Shown here: in pieces, positions 1-10,024 of the stretch | How the letters are laid out: the number at the start of each line of letters is the position of its first letter | Position numbering within the stretch: the stretch's first letter is position 1 | Assembly: GCF_001194135.2 (NCBI RefSeq) | Contig: NC_068981.1 | Location: 102,417,411-102,451,023, forward strand | DNA length: 33,613 nt | Direction of reading: 5' to 3' | From: Octopus bimaculoides | Taxonomy: Eukaryota | Notes under the pieces: model-generated | Seen by the model: the letters and a program-made list of their open reading frames with translations, nothing else | Databases searched by the model: none | Told to the model about the DNA's origin: nothing | Made by a program: the position numbers and the translations under genes

Positions 1-25
1 TGTATATATATATATATGTATATAG

Positions 26-539
26 CTTTTATCTTTTACTTATTTCAGTAAATGGACTGCAGCCATGCTGGGGCATTGCTTTAAAGGGTTTAGTCAAACA
101 AATCGACCCCAGTACTTAATTTTATTTTTAAGCTTGTTACTTATTCTATCGGTCTCTTTTTGTCAAGTCACTAAGTTACTGGGACCTAAATAAATCAACA
201 CCAGTTGTCAAATGATAGTGGGTGACAAACACAAACATAAGAAGACACACACATACATACATACATATATACATACATACATATATATATATATACATAT
301 ATATATATATTATATATGCATTTATATATATATATGTGTGTGTGTGTGTGCAGGTGTATATATGTATGTATATAACACACACACACACATACAGACACAC
401 ATATACGTATAAGTATATATGTGTGAGTATGTGTGTGGGTGTGTGTGTGTGTATGTGCGTGTGTGTGTACAATGGACTTCCTTCAGCTTCCATATCTACC
501 AAATCCACTCATAGGACTTTGGTCAGCACTGGGCTATAG
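26..539 (-). mobile_element. SINE family A copy (tRNA-derived, bipartite), 5'-truncated
   Basis: Reverse complement matches the 3' module (CAGCATGGC...GAAATAAGTAAAAGA tail) and the AAGCCTTGTGAGTGGATTTGGTAGA module seen in the other copies; central (TA/CA)n expansion. Confidence 0.85.
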
Positions 540-812
540 CCAACAAAACGTTACAAAAGTCACCCAAGATTGAAAGTTTTATACATGGTACTTGATAATA
601 TACACTCATGTTCTGAAGTCTTTTCCTCTAGTTTGTTCCCTGAATGAGTGCATGCATCACCTTACATCTCTTGCTAATCTCTGGAGAAAATCACTTGAGT
701 CAAGTTTTTAAACCTTTGTATTTTCTGTCGCAGTCTGTTATCCTAGTTTTTAAAAAGAGAAATAAATCACTCACAGGGAATTATCGTCTGATTTCACTAA
801 TCTCTCATATTA

Positions 813-1304
813 TACTGTGTAACATGATTTTTGTCTTTTAGTAGCAACTGTTTCTATTTCCTATTTGCTTACTCCTAGAAAGTATGGAAAATAGCTAATA
901 TTTCCTTCAAACTTTGCTTTTGTTGTATTTATTCAAACCCCAAAGAATCCCTCTCAGCACATGGCTATCATGCTACCCAACTACTCCTGCCCATCATCAG
1001 AGATGCACATATAGTCAGTCACTAAAGGACATGCTCAGATGGTTAAGGTCAAGCAACTGACAAGCAAATTTGTGTTATTGAGCAGAATATTTGCTATAAC
1101 GATATTTCTGCTTCAGTAACTCAGTATTGAATCTATCCAAAATGTAATGGAAAATGGGTCAATTTCAAAACATTGATATCTAGGTCACAAAAGCAAAGTT
1201 TGAAGGGAATAATAGTCATTTCCTTTGATTTCTAGATAGAAGCAAATAGGAAACAACACTTACTGACCAAAGACAAAAAAATATTTTAATTTTGTTACAC
1301 AGTG
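813..1304. mobile_element. Non-autonomous TIR element (Tc1/mariner-like MITE) inside the CR1-like relic
   Basis: Termini TACTGTGTAACA (813) and TGTTACACAGTG (1304). Inverted similarity extends about 110 bp inward (e.g. TTTCCTATTTGCTT..CTTCAAACTTTGCTTTTGT versus ACAAAAGCAAAGTTTGAAG..AAGCAAATAGGAAA). Removing it rejoins SHI+IKVFE. Confidence 0.8.
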
Positions 1305-1701
1305 TTATTAAAGTATTTGAGGAGGTGGTCAAATCGAAAACAACTGCCTTCTTGGAGAGAAAAAAAGATCATTTCTTAAAACCTAATCGGCATAGTTTTC
1401 ATGATAACAGAGACTGCCTAAAATATCTTCTACACCACATTCATGATATTCCAAATGCTCTGGGTGAATACACCAATACAGGTGTCATTTATTTTGACTT
1501 CAGTAAAACTTTTGATAGAGTTGACCACAGCATTCTACTGAAGGAATTACCAGACACTGGAGTATGTAGAAAGCTACTGCAGTGGATTAAATGTTTTCTG
1601 ACTATGCAGAATCTAACATGTTGCAATTGACAAAATTTGCTCAAGTTCAGCAAATGTCCTTCAGGGTATTGAGTTGGGTTCACTTCTGTTTATCAGTTAC
1701 A

Positions 1702-2088
1702 AGCACAGGTGTGACTGAGTGGTAAGAAGTTTGTTGCCCAATCACATGGTCCTAGGTTCACTCCCTCTGCATGACACCTTGGGCAAGTGTTTGCTACTAT
1801 AGCCTTGGGCCAATCAAAGCCTTGTGAGTGGATTTGGTTAATGAAAACTGAAAGAAGCCTATTGTGTGTGTATGTGCGTGTGTGTGTGTGTGTCTTCTTG
1901 TCTGTGCTTTTGTCCATCACTTGACAACTAGTGTTGGTGTGTTTATGTCCACCATACCTTAGTGGTTTGGCAAAAGATACCAATAGAATAAGTACCAGGC
2001 TTATCAAAAATAAGTACTGGGGTTGATTTGTTTGGCTAAAAATTCTTCAGAATGATGCCCCCGCTAATGACTGAAACAAGTAGGAAAT
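1702..2088 (+). mobile_element. SINE family A copy nested in the CR1-like relic
   Basis: tRNA-like head with A-box-like TGACTGAGTGG and B-box-like GGTTCACTCC, both modules and the GAAACAAGTA tail. It lies between LLFISY and the downstream DDSKL of the RT. Confidence 0.85.
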
Positions 2089-2810
2089 AATATGATGTTG
2101 AAAACGTCATGAAATGTAGGAAAGATGACTCTAAGCTCCAGAAAATCAGCAAAGAAGAATGTGACTAAATAGAACTCCAGTCTGATCTGCATGCTGTATT
2201 TTGATGGAAGGTGAGGGGACATGCTGCAAGATAAGGAAAAATTTAAGCTCATCCACTTTGGAGAAAGAATACATTTAAACAGCCACATTCTCTTCTCCCA
2301 GAAGAGCCTCTTGTAGCATCAAATAATATCAGAATCTTAGGTGCAACTGTTAAATATGGACACCGACCTGACTAGGAATACACATGTTAACAATAAAGTT
2401 GATATGGTCCACAGAATGTGCTCCTGGGTTCTTAGAAGTATTTGGTCTAGAGACCCTCTTCTCTATGTTTATCAGACCTTACCTTGAATAATGCTGCCCG
2501 CTGTGGTCTTCGTATATATGACAGAACATTATGAGACCATGGCATGCCCAGAATAGAACACAGAAGAAAAAGATTTTATAACAGGCTTTGATTAATGGGA
2601 TTGCCTCAACAAGCTGAAACTGTTCTCTCCAATGTCACCAAAAGAGCTATATCATTTGTACAATGTGGAAAATATTCCATAACTACTATCCAAATATTGC
2701 TAGTATAAACTTCACAAATTACCGCAAGTTAGGTCCTTGTGTCGTACAAAATATTGAGATATATTGGGCTTCTGTATATTTTTACAGTTTTAGCTTCCTG
2801 AATTTTACTT

Positions 2811-2926
2811 GCAAAGCATTGGTCAATGTTAGGTTATAATTGAAGGGACTTGCCCAAAGTCTCATGTGGTAGTATCAAATAAGAAACCATGGGGTTGTGA
2901 AATTAACTTCCCAACAACACAGCCGT
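2811..2926 (-). mobile_element. SINE family A head fragment (degenerate)
   Basis: Reverse complement resembles GGCTGTGTGGTAAG...ACATGGTT...CTTGGGCAAGT...TATA. Confidence 0.6.
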
Positions 2927-3124
2927 ATCATCATCATTTAATGTCTGGTTAGGATGGTTTGACAAGGAACCCACAAGCTGCAGGGCTGCATCAAGCTCCA
3001 GTGTCTATTTTGGCATGGTTTCTATGCCTGGATATCCTGCCTAATGCCAACCACTTTACAAAGTGGACTGGGTGCTTTTTCCATGTCACTGGCACTAGTG
3101 AGGTTACCATGTCACTTGAGTGTC

Positions 3125-3125
<1 letters not shown>
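2927..3125 (-). mobile_element. RTE-clade LINE 3' tail fragment
   Basis: ATCATCATCATTTAATGTC tail and CTGGATATCCTGCCTAATGCCAACCAC, matching the family's GCTGGATGCCCTTCCTAACGCCAACCAC motif. Confidence 0.8.
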
Positions 3126-3175
<50 letters not shown>

Positions 3176-3289
3176 AGTGTACATTCAAATACATACTTGC
3201 CTACATATATACACATAAACACAGGCATATACAGACACACACACACACACACATATATTTATATTCAGAGTTGGATATATATATTCAAA

Positions 3290-3391
3290 GTTCTTCAACT
3301 TTTGGCATTAGAACATACTAATGCCAAACATCCTAATGCCAAAAGTTGAAGATCCTAATGCCAAACATCCTACTGCCAAAAGTTGAAGAAC
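3290..3391. repeat. 102-bp mini-foldback with 22-bp inverted ends and internal CTAATGCCAAA direct repeats
   Basis: GTTCTTCAACTTTTGGCATTAG (3290-3311) versus CTACTGCCAAAAGTTGAAGAAC (3370-3391): 21/22 inverted match, with four CTA(A/C)TGCCAAA units on the + strand. Confidence 0.8.
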
Positions 3392-3549
3392 GCTAGAACA
3401 AGTCTTACATCTGAACCTGACAGAATCATCACATGTTTAAGACAGTGGGACTGTGATTCAAAAGTGATTTCACTCTGCTGTTATTACTTGTGGATCAAGA
3501 AATTACACAGATGCTCCCTTACCGGCTTCTAGTGATATAATAATATTAA

Positions 3550-3723
3550 TTTCAAATTTTGGCCCAAGGCCAGCAATTTCAGCTGAGGGGTTAATTTGAT
3601 TAATCAACCCTGAAAGGATGAAGGGCAAAGTCAACCTTCGTGGAATTTGAACTCAGAAGATAAAGATGAATGAAATGTCACTAAGCATTTTGCCCGGCAT
3701 GCTAACAATTCTGCCAGCTTGCT
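3550..3723 (-). mobile_element. SINE family B copy (tRNA-derived), internally deleted
   Basis: Reverse complement gives AGCTGGCAGAATTGTTAGCATGCCGGGCAAAATGCTTAG...GAGTTCAAATTCC...CTTTGCCCTTCATCCTTTCAGGG. Confidence 0.85.
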
Positions 3724-3940
3724 GCTTTAATATTATAGTAATATCAGATAAAATACAGTGATGCTTATAAGGATCTAAAACCAAGTTCCACAGAGCCAAT
3801 TTTTAAAATTCTTTTACATGTTTCAGCCCTAAGGTTGAGGCCATGCTGGGGCACTGCTTTTTAAGAAATTATCTGATGAGGACGAATGTAGCTAACACTT
3901 GACAAAGATAACCTTCTCATCCATGCTGATGCCACAGATA

Positions 3941-4149
3941 GTGCTTATGCTGGTACCATTTAAAAAATGCACCCAGTACATTCTGTAAAGTGGTTAACAT
4001 TAGGAAGGGCATCCAGCCATAGAAACTAGGTCAAAACAGACAATTGGAGCGTGATGCAGCTTTCTGGCTGGTCAGCTCCTCTCAGACTGTCCAACCCATA
4101 CCAGCATGGAAAAGGGACATTAAATGATGATGATAATGACAATGATGAT
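3941..4149 (+). mobile_element. RTE-clade LINE 3' tail fragment
   Basis: GTGGTTAACATTAGGAAGGGCATCCAGC...CCAACCCATACCAGCATGGAAAAGGGACATTAAATGATGATGAT. Confidence 0.8.
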
Positions 4150-4168
4150 ACACACACACACACACACG

Positions 4169-4216
<48 letters not shown>

Positions 4217-4323
4217 TACATATATATATTGATATATCTGAGTGTATGTTATATATAAATATATGTATATATTTATATATATATGTATATATATATATAT
4301 TTGTATGGATGTTTTATATATAT

Positions 4324-4390
<67 letters not shown>

Positions 4391-4548
4391 CACACACATA
4401 TACATACATGCACAAATAGACACACACATATTAACTAAAAACAACAAAAAATTACATAAAGCAATTTCTTGGCAGGAGTTTTGTGAATGACTGCCAAGTC
4501 TGTGTAAAGATGTGAAGAAAAAAAAAAATAACCAATATGAAAATATTA

Positions 4549-4602
<54 letters not shown>

Positions 4603-4682
4603 GTGGTAATAAACAATGATGATGATAATGATGACAACGGCAATGCTGCTGGTGATGATGATGATAATGATGATAATAATAA

Positions 4683-4744
<62 letters not shown>

Positions 4745-4750
4745 ATAATA
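4549..4750. repeat. Compound trinucleotide microsatellite (TAA)n-(GAT/AAT)n-(TAG)n
   Basis: Read directly from the sequence. Confidence 0.95.
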
Positions 4751-4934
4751 ATGTTGCTGTAATAAGGTTGTGTAATAACTTTTATCTGTACAAAAAAAAA
4801 GTATGAATGAACCAATGCCAATATTACATTCATTAATACCTGACTAGCATTCAGTCTTTTACACATTTATGGATTATTTATATTATTAGTGACTTGATTT
4901 CATTACTAATTCGTTTTATACCAACATTACCAAT

Positions 4935-5070
4935 AACACCACCACCACCACCACCACCACCACTACCGAGACTGTTGCCAACACCTCCACCAAATATACC
5001 ACCATCTTCACTGCCGTCAGTATCTGCCAACACCACTACCAACGTCACCACCAGCATCATCATCACCATC

Positions 5071-5125
<55 letters not shown>

Positions 5126-5600
5126 CCATCATCACCATCATCATCATGATTATCATTGCAATCATCCACCACCACCACCACCACAATATATATTCGGTAT
5201 TGTTGTTATTGGTATTTTTAAAATTCTTCACCCTGCTTGTCATCCACATCTTTTTCATCAACACCACCACCACCACCACGACCACTATCATCATCGTCAT
5301 CATCATCATCATCGTCATCATCATCATCATCATCATCGTCATCGTCATCATCATCATCCTCATCATCATCATCATCATCATCATTGCCATCATCATTATC
5401 ATAGTTATAATTTTCATTGGTGTGGTCCTCCTTCTCCTCCTCCTCATCGTCGTCAGCATTGTCATCATCATCCTTTTCATAGCTGTTGTCACCACCACCA
5501 CCATCATCATCATCATTATCATCATCATCATCTTTACCATTGTTGTCATTTGTGGCATCATTAGCATTATCATCATCAGTGACAACAGCATCAGCATTAT
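4935..5600. repeat. Long compound (CAC)n/(CAT)n trinucleotide array
   Basis: Read directly; it generates the spurious poly-I/M/D ORFs at 4878-5670. Confidence 0.95.
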
Positions 5601-6028
5601 TAAGACTATCCCTCTCGTCATCCTTTTTCTCATCAACACAGGAGAACGGTAACAAAAGTTGGGGATGCATTAGTGTTCAAGATTCTTTGCATCATTTGGT
5701 TCTGAGTTTGAAATTCAGTAGAATTCATAAAAGGAATACTAGTAATATCTTGGTGTCATTTCTATCACCTACAATATTCACTTTTGTGCCCTTCTTGCAT
5801 TATACTCTGTTAATAGATGAGCTGCTTCACTTTGGAAAGGTCCAGTTCATCTTTTCTTTAGTTCTCTTCTTGGTTCTAGTCATTAGACTACGGCCATACT
5901 GGAGCATCAGCTTTATAGATTTTAGTCATTCACATCAGCCACAATATTTATTTATGAAGTTGCTTCACATTTTATCAATACACACATGTGTGCGTGTGTA
6001 TGTGTGCATGTGTGTGTATACATATATA

Positions 6029-6578
6029 TCTTTTATCTTTTACTTGTTTCTGTCATTAGTCTGTGACCATACTGGGGCGCCACCTAACAGTATTTTAGCC
6101 AAACAAATCGACCCCATTGCTTATTATTATTTTTATTTTTTGTAATGCCTGGTACTTAATCTGTTGGTCTCTTTTGCTGAACTGCTAAGTTACGGGAACA
6201 TAGAGACTCCAACACTGGTTGTCAAGCAGTAGTAGGAGACAAACACATACACACACATACACACCCATATAGTTCAAATTTACAGAAAACAAAAGACGAA
6301 GACAGGTGAGGGAACAACAAGCAGGTGAATTAATTTGATGCGTGGGAAGAATGGAAAAATCTTTGACATTTCGAGCCTATGCTCTTCAACAGAAAGGATT
6401 GAGAGGGAAACAGTATATTGAGCTTCTTCCAGTTTCTGCCTATCAAATCCAATCACAACGTTTTGGTCAGCCTGAAGCTATAGTAGAAGACAATTTGTCC
6501 AATGTGCCATTCAGTGGGACTGAACCTGGAACTATGTGGTTGGGAAGTAGGCTTTTTATTACACAGCCATGCCTGCAC
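6029..6578 (-). mobile_element. SINE family A copy with a foreign (Penelope-like) fragment in its central spacer
   Basis: Both SINE modules are present on the - strand; 6270-6415 is unrelated to other family A copies. Confidence 0.8.
6361..6396 (-). ncRNA. Candidate minimal type I hammerhead ribozyme with variant core
   Basis: Reverse complement: CTTT-CTGTTGA-A-GAGC(ATAG)GCTC-GAAA-TG-TC-AAAG. Stem I is CTTT/AAAG and stem II GAGC/GCTC; there is a UC site, but the core has U at position 6. Confidence 0.45.
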
Positions 6579-6675
6579 TTATGCACACACAAGTTTATAT
6601 ATGCATATATATGCATGTGTATATATGTATTTTGGTTTGCTTGTGCACATGCATGTGTGGGTGTTTATATGTATA

Positions 6676-6729
<54 letters not shown>

Positions 6730-6890
6730 ACACACACACACACACAGGTCATTGTCTATCACTATGTATGTCCCATTTTGAACGAAAGCCCATCTAAAAG
6801 ACACCTAGTTCATCAGAACATTCTTCAGAGTTGAAAACATATGTTCAGATAAAGATGCAAGTGTCTTTCCTGCCATAGCAGAAAGATAAG

Positions 6891-6893
<3 letters not shown>

Positions 6894-6970
<77 letters not shown>
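6894..6970. repeat. (GA)n microsatellite
   Basis: Read directly. Confidence 0.95.
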
Positions 6971-6974
<4 letters not shown>

Positions 6975-7751
6975 GTATATGTGAAAGAGAGAATACTGAC
7001 AGTTCCCTATTTGATACAACTTTTTAGGAAAGAACATTGCTCTTGGTACACAAATAAAAAAACTACAAAGCAAAATGATAATGAAATATTGTAAATAAGG
7101 AGGAAGGCAGTTATAATAATATAATATTAATTTACTATAGACTGGAAGCTGGAATTACATCTAAAAAAAATCTTATGCATCAATGTCATATATAGACAAG
7201 AAATGTGAAAATTATTTCTTAAGCTATACAGAAAGTTTTAAATTTATCAGATGCAAGGTAATGTGTTAAAATGTTAATAAAAGATTATCTTAGGCATCTA
7301 TAATTTTCAGATGAGTAATTGTTAAAATAAGGTAACCAGTTAACTGAATCAGTGAAGCTTTGGAAGGGTCTTATGGTATTTGTTCCAGCCTCTTTGAGTT
7401 CTGAATTCAAATCCTGCTAAGATCAGCTTTGACTTTCATTCTTTGAGGAAATGATAATGAACCAGTCACGTACTGCATCTATTCTTCTCTTTCTGTCTCT
7501 TTATTGTTCTCTCTCTCTCTCTCTTTTTGTATATATATATATAAGATACATACAAATCCTTGGAGCTGGCCAGATTGGAGCAATATTGAGAATAACCAGC
7601 CGAAATTGCAAGGATAATTTGGATCGTGACTGAAGAGAGAAGACTCCGAATGACCTGTCCGTGTTTTCTTTGTATTGTCTATCTGTATGTTTTGTCCCTT
7701 TCTTATATCACCTAACTGTCTAGATGTTTTGCATTCTTATCCTATTCTGTA

Positions 7752-7796
<45 letters not shown>

Positions 7797-8058
7797 GGAT
7801 AAAATTATTGTTATGAAATAGTAAGAATGATAATATCAGTAGCCAACATGCAATTAAAAAACATAGAAATAAGAATTAATATAGATTTATAATCATATAT
7901 TAAAATATATAATCACAATGAAGGGTATTTAGAAAAAGTACTAACATGCTAGAAATAGAAGTCAAAAGACTCTAAACCACCTATTTCACTCTATTGCTCA
8001 GGTGAATGTGAGGAGAATGAGCAAAATAATTAAGCCTACCTTTAACAGATAAATAGAT

Positions 8059-8118
8059 AATCCCATATCGATTGATTTCAGGCTCTGTAATTAATACTCA
8101 GCCCTCCTCAGTGAGATT
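8059..8118 (-). ncRNA. Type I hammerhead ribozyme motif (left arm)
   Basis: Reverse complement: AATCTCA-CTGAGGA-GGGCT GA GTA TTAAT TAC AG AGCCT-GAAA-TCAATCGA-TA-TGGGATT. Confidence 0.7.
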
Positions 8119-8298
8119 TACCATAATTCGTACATATACATGAATATATATACATATGCATACATATACATACATACATACATACATACATACATACATA
8201 CATACATACATACATGCGTACATACATACATACATACATACACACATACATAGATACATAGATACATACATACATACATACATACATACATACATTAT

Positions 8299-8867
8299 GT
8301 GCAGAAGAGGCTTATGGGTAAGAAGCTTGCTTCCCATCCACATGGTTCCAGGTTCAGTGCCATTGCATGGCACCATAGGCAAAGTGTCCTGTACTATAGC
8401 CTCAGGCCAACCAAAGCCTTCTGAGTGGATGTGTAGATGAAAACTGAAAGCCCATCGTATATGTGTGTGTGTTTGTGTGTGTGTGTGTGTATGTGTGTGT
8501 GTGTGNNNNNNNNNNATGGTAAATCTCACTGAGGAGGGCTGAGTATTAATTACAGAGCCTGAAATTGATCGATATGGGATTATCTATTTATCTGTTAAAG
8601 GTAGGCTTAATTATTTTNNNNNNNNNNGTGTGTGTGTGTGTATGTGTGTGTGTGTGTGTGTGTGTGTTTGTGTGTACTCTCACCGTTGCTTGACAACTGA
8701 TGTTGGTGTGTTTACATCCCTGTAACTTAGCGGTTAAGCAAACAAGACCGATAGAATAAGTATTCGGCTTACAAAGAATAAATTCTGGGGTCGAATTGTA
8801 TAATTAAAGGCAGTGCTCCAGCATGGCCACAGTCAAATGACTGAAACTAGTAAAAGAAAAAGAAAAA
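8299..8867 (+). mobile_element. SINE family A copy between the inverted arms, interrupted by two assembly gaps
   Basis: GGTAAGAAGCTTGCTTCCC..CACATGGTTCCAGGTTCAGTGCC head, and 3' module ending GACTGAAACTAGTAAAAG. Confidence 0.85.
8516..8617. other. 102-bp gap-flanked contig that exactly duplicates 8878-8979; probable assembly artefact
   Basis: Bounded by 10-N gaps on both sides and identical to 8878-8979. Confidence 0.75.
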
Positions 8868-8883
8868 TGTACAAATTATGGTA

Positions 8884-8943
8884 AATCTCACTGAGGAGGG
8901 CTGAGTATTAATTACAGAGCCTGAAATTGATCGATATGGGATT
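8884..8943 (+). ncRNA. Type I hammerhead ribozyme motif (right arm)
   Basis: Stem I AATCTCA (8884-8890) / TGGGATT (8937-8943); core CTGAGGA (8891-8897); stem II 8898-8922; GAAA (8923-8926); near-palindromic stem III TTGATCGA; predicted AUA cleavage after 8936. Confidence 0.75.
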
Positions 8944-9189
8944 ATCTATTTATCTGTTAAAGGTAGGCTTAATTATTTTGCTCATTCTCCTCACATTCAC
9001 CTGAGCAATAGAGTGAAATATGTGGTTTAGAGTCTTTTGACTTCTATTTCTAGCATGTTAGTATTTTTTCTAAGTACTCTTCATTGTGATTATATATTTT
9101 TATATATAATTATAAATCTATATATATATATAAATAAATAAATAAATATATATATACATATACATACAAACCTACATACATACATACAT

Positions 9190-9231
<42 letters not shown>

Positions 9232-9610
9232 NNNNNNNNNNTATATATATACACTTCGTTTTGGTTTGCAAGATTCTTTATGTGAGTTCGTGTGTTGAAG
9301 CATATTTTGTTGTGTCTGGAAAGTGTCATTCTCTTTTAGTGCCTTATCATAACACAATCATATTCACCTCTCTCTTCCTTTCTTAGAATTAGCTAGACTA
9401 CCCTGGGAGAGAGTCATGAGGTCAACTCACAGTGACATCCTTCCTCCAAGAAATAGCTGGTTGAGTTTAGGTACAGTTCCTCAAACATTTTTATACTCAT
9501 GCTACTGGAAATTTCCTTAGATTGAAAGGGAAATTTTTTGTATGTAATATATATATATATATATGTATTTGTATAGATTGTTGAAAGTGGTGTACAGATT
9601 CTATATATTG

Positions 9611-9729
9611 AGAAAAAGGAGGCAGTCAGAATTTTGGACAGTAATTTATTTAGTGCTCTTATTTTATTTCAGAGATTCAAATAAGATGAAATAAATAATT
9701 ATCCAAATTTCTGACTATCTCCTTTTTCT
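9611..9729. repeat. 119-bp hairpin/MITE-like element with 41-bp inverted ends
   Basis: 9611-9651 versus reverse complement of 9689-9729: 35/41 identical. Confidence 0.7.
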
Positions 9730-10024
9730 TATGAAGGAATGATGCTTGAGCTGGAAAATCTTGCATATATTAATTTCAACTTTTCTTATTAATAACTGCA
9801 TTGTTTCTTTCCCAGTAAACTAATATCTGAAGCCATCACCTTCCCTGCAAATGAAGCAACCTTGACCCAACAACTTTTCAGCTGACCCTCGTAAGACTTT
9901 AAAAGTGACATAACTGAGTCTGGTGCTGGTTATAATGAGTCATAATATTTGGAACTTTGTCACTTGTATCTGTGGGTCTGCTTCTATATACACTCTATTT
10001 CTAAATCTGTTTTTGTGTTATTGA

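Larger units (their letters stand above)
670..2760 (+). mobile_element. CR1/L2-group LINE reverse transcriptase relic, interrupted by a MITE and a SINE
   Basis: Translated motifs in order: NYRLISLISHI|IKVFEEVV, VIYFDFSKTFDRVDHSILLKEL..GVCRKLLQWIKCFL, NVLQGIELGSLLFISY, KDDSKL, ELQSDL, RILGA, RPYLE, DYWDCLNKLKLFS. Many stops and frameshifts. The left boundary is approximate. Confidence 0.85.
7880..9122. mobile_element. 255-bp inverted arms (7880-8134 and 8868-9122), probably Penelope-like-element termini, enclosing (TACA)n and a SINE
   Basis: The arms are co-linear reverse complements with about 9 substitutions and no indels by manual alignment. Each carries a hammerhead motif. Confidence 0.75.

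Noticed and set aside
176-539. HT/YI/CV-repeat ORFs here and at 4026-4490, 6502-6834, 15837-16055 and 25673-26053
   Set aside because: Translations of (CA)n/(TA)n/(TCTA)n arrays.
3868-3900. CTGATGAGGACGAATG hammerhead-like core
   Set aside because: No stem II, GAAA incomplete and no stem I pairing.
4878-5670. Long ORFs (253, 252 and 150 aa) on both strands
   Set aside because: Made entirely of trinucleotide microsatellite; homopolymeric products with no domain.
6342-6797. Recurring ORF text such as QIHSQGFGQPEAIVEDTCPRCHAVGLNP in many ORFs
   Set aside because: Antisense translation of SINE family A, not a protein family.
9387-9470. Possible 84-nt exon (pyrimidine tract+AG, open frame LARLPWERVMRSTHSDILPPRNSWLSL, GTACAG donor)
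   Set aside because: No recognisable homology, weak donor, the acceptor abuts repeat-like sequence, and no compatible neighbouring exon was found. RNA-seq would be needed.
9817-9897. Possible exon (TTTCCCAG ... GTAAGA) overlapping a lone mariner-like TIR (reverse complement TACGAGGGTCAGCTGAAAAGT)
   Set aside because: Stops in all three frames, and no partner TIR was found.
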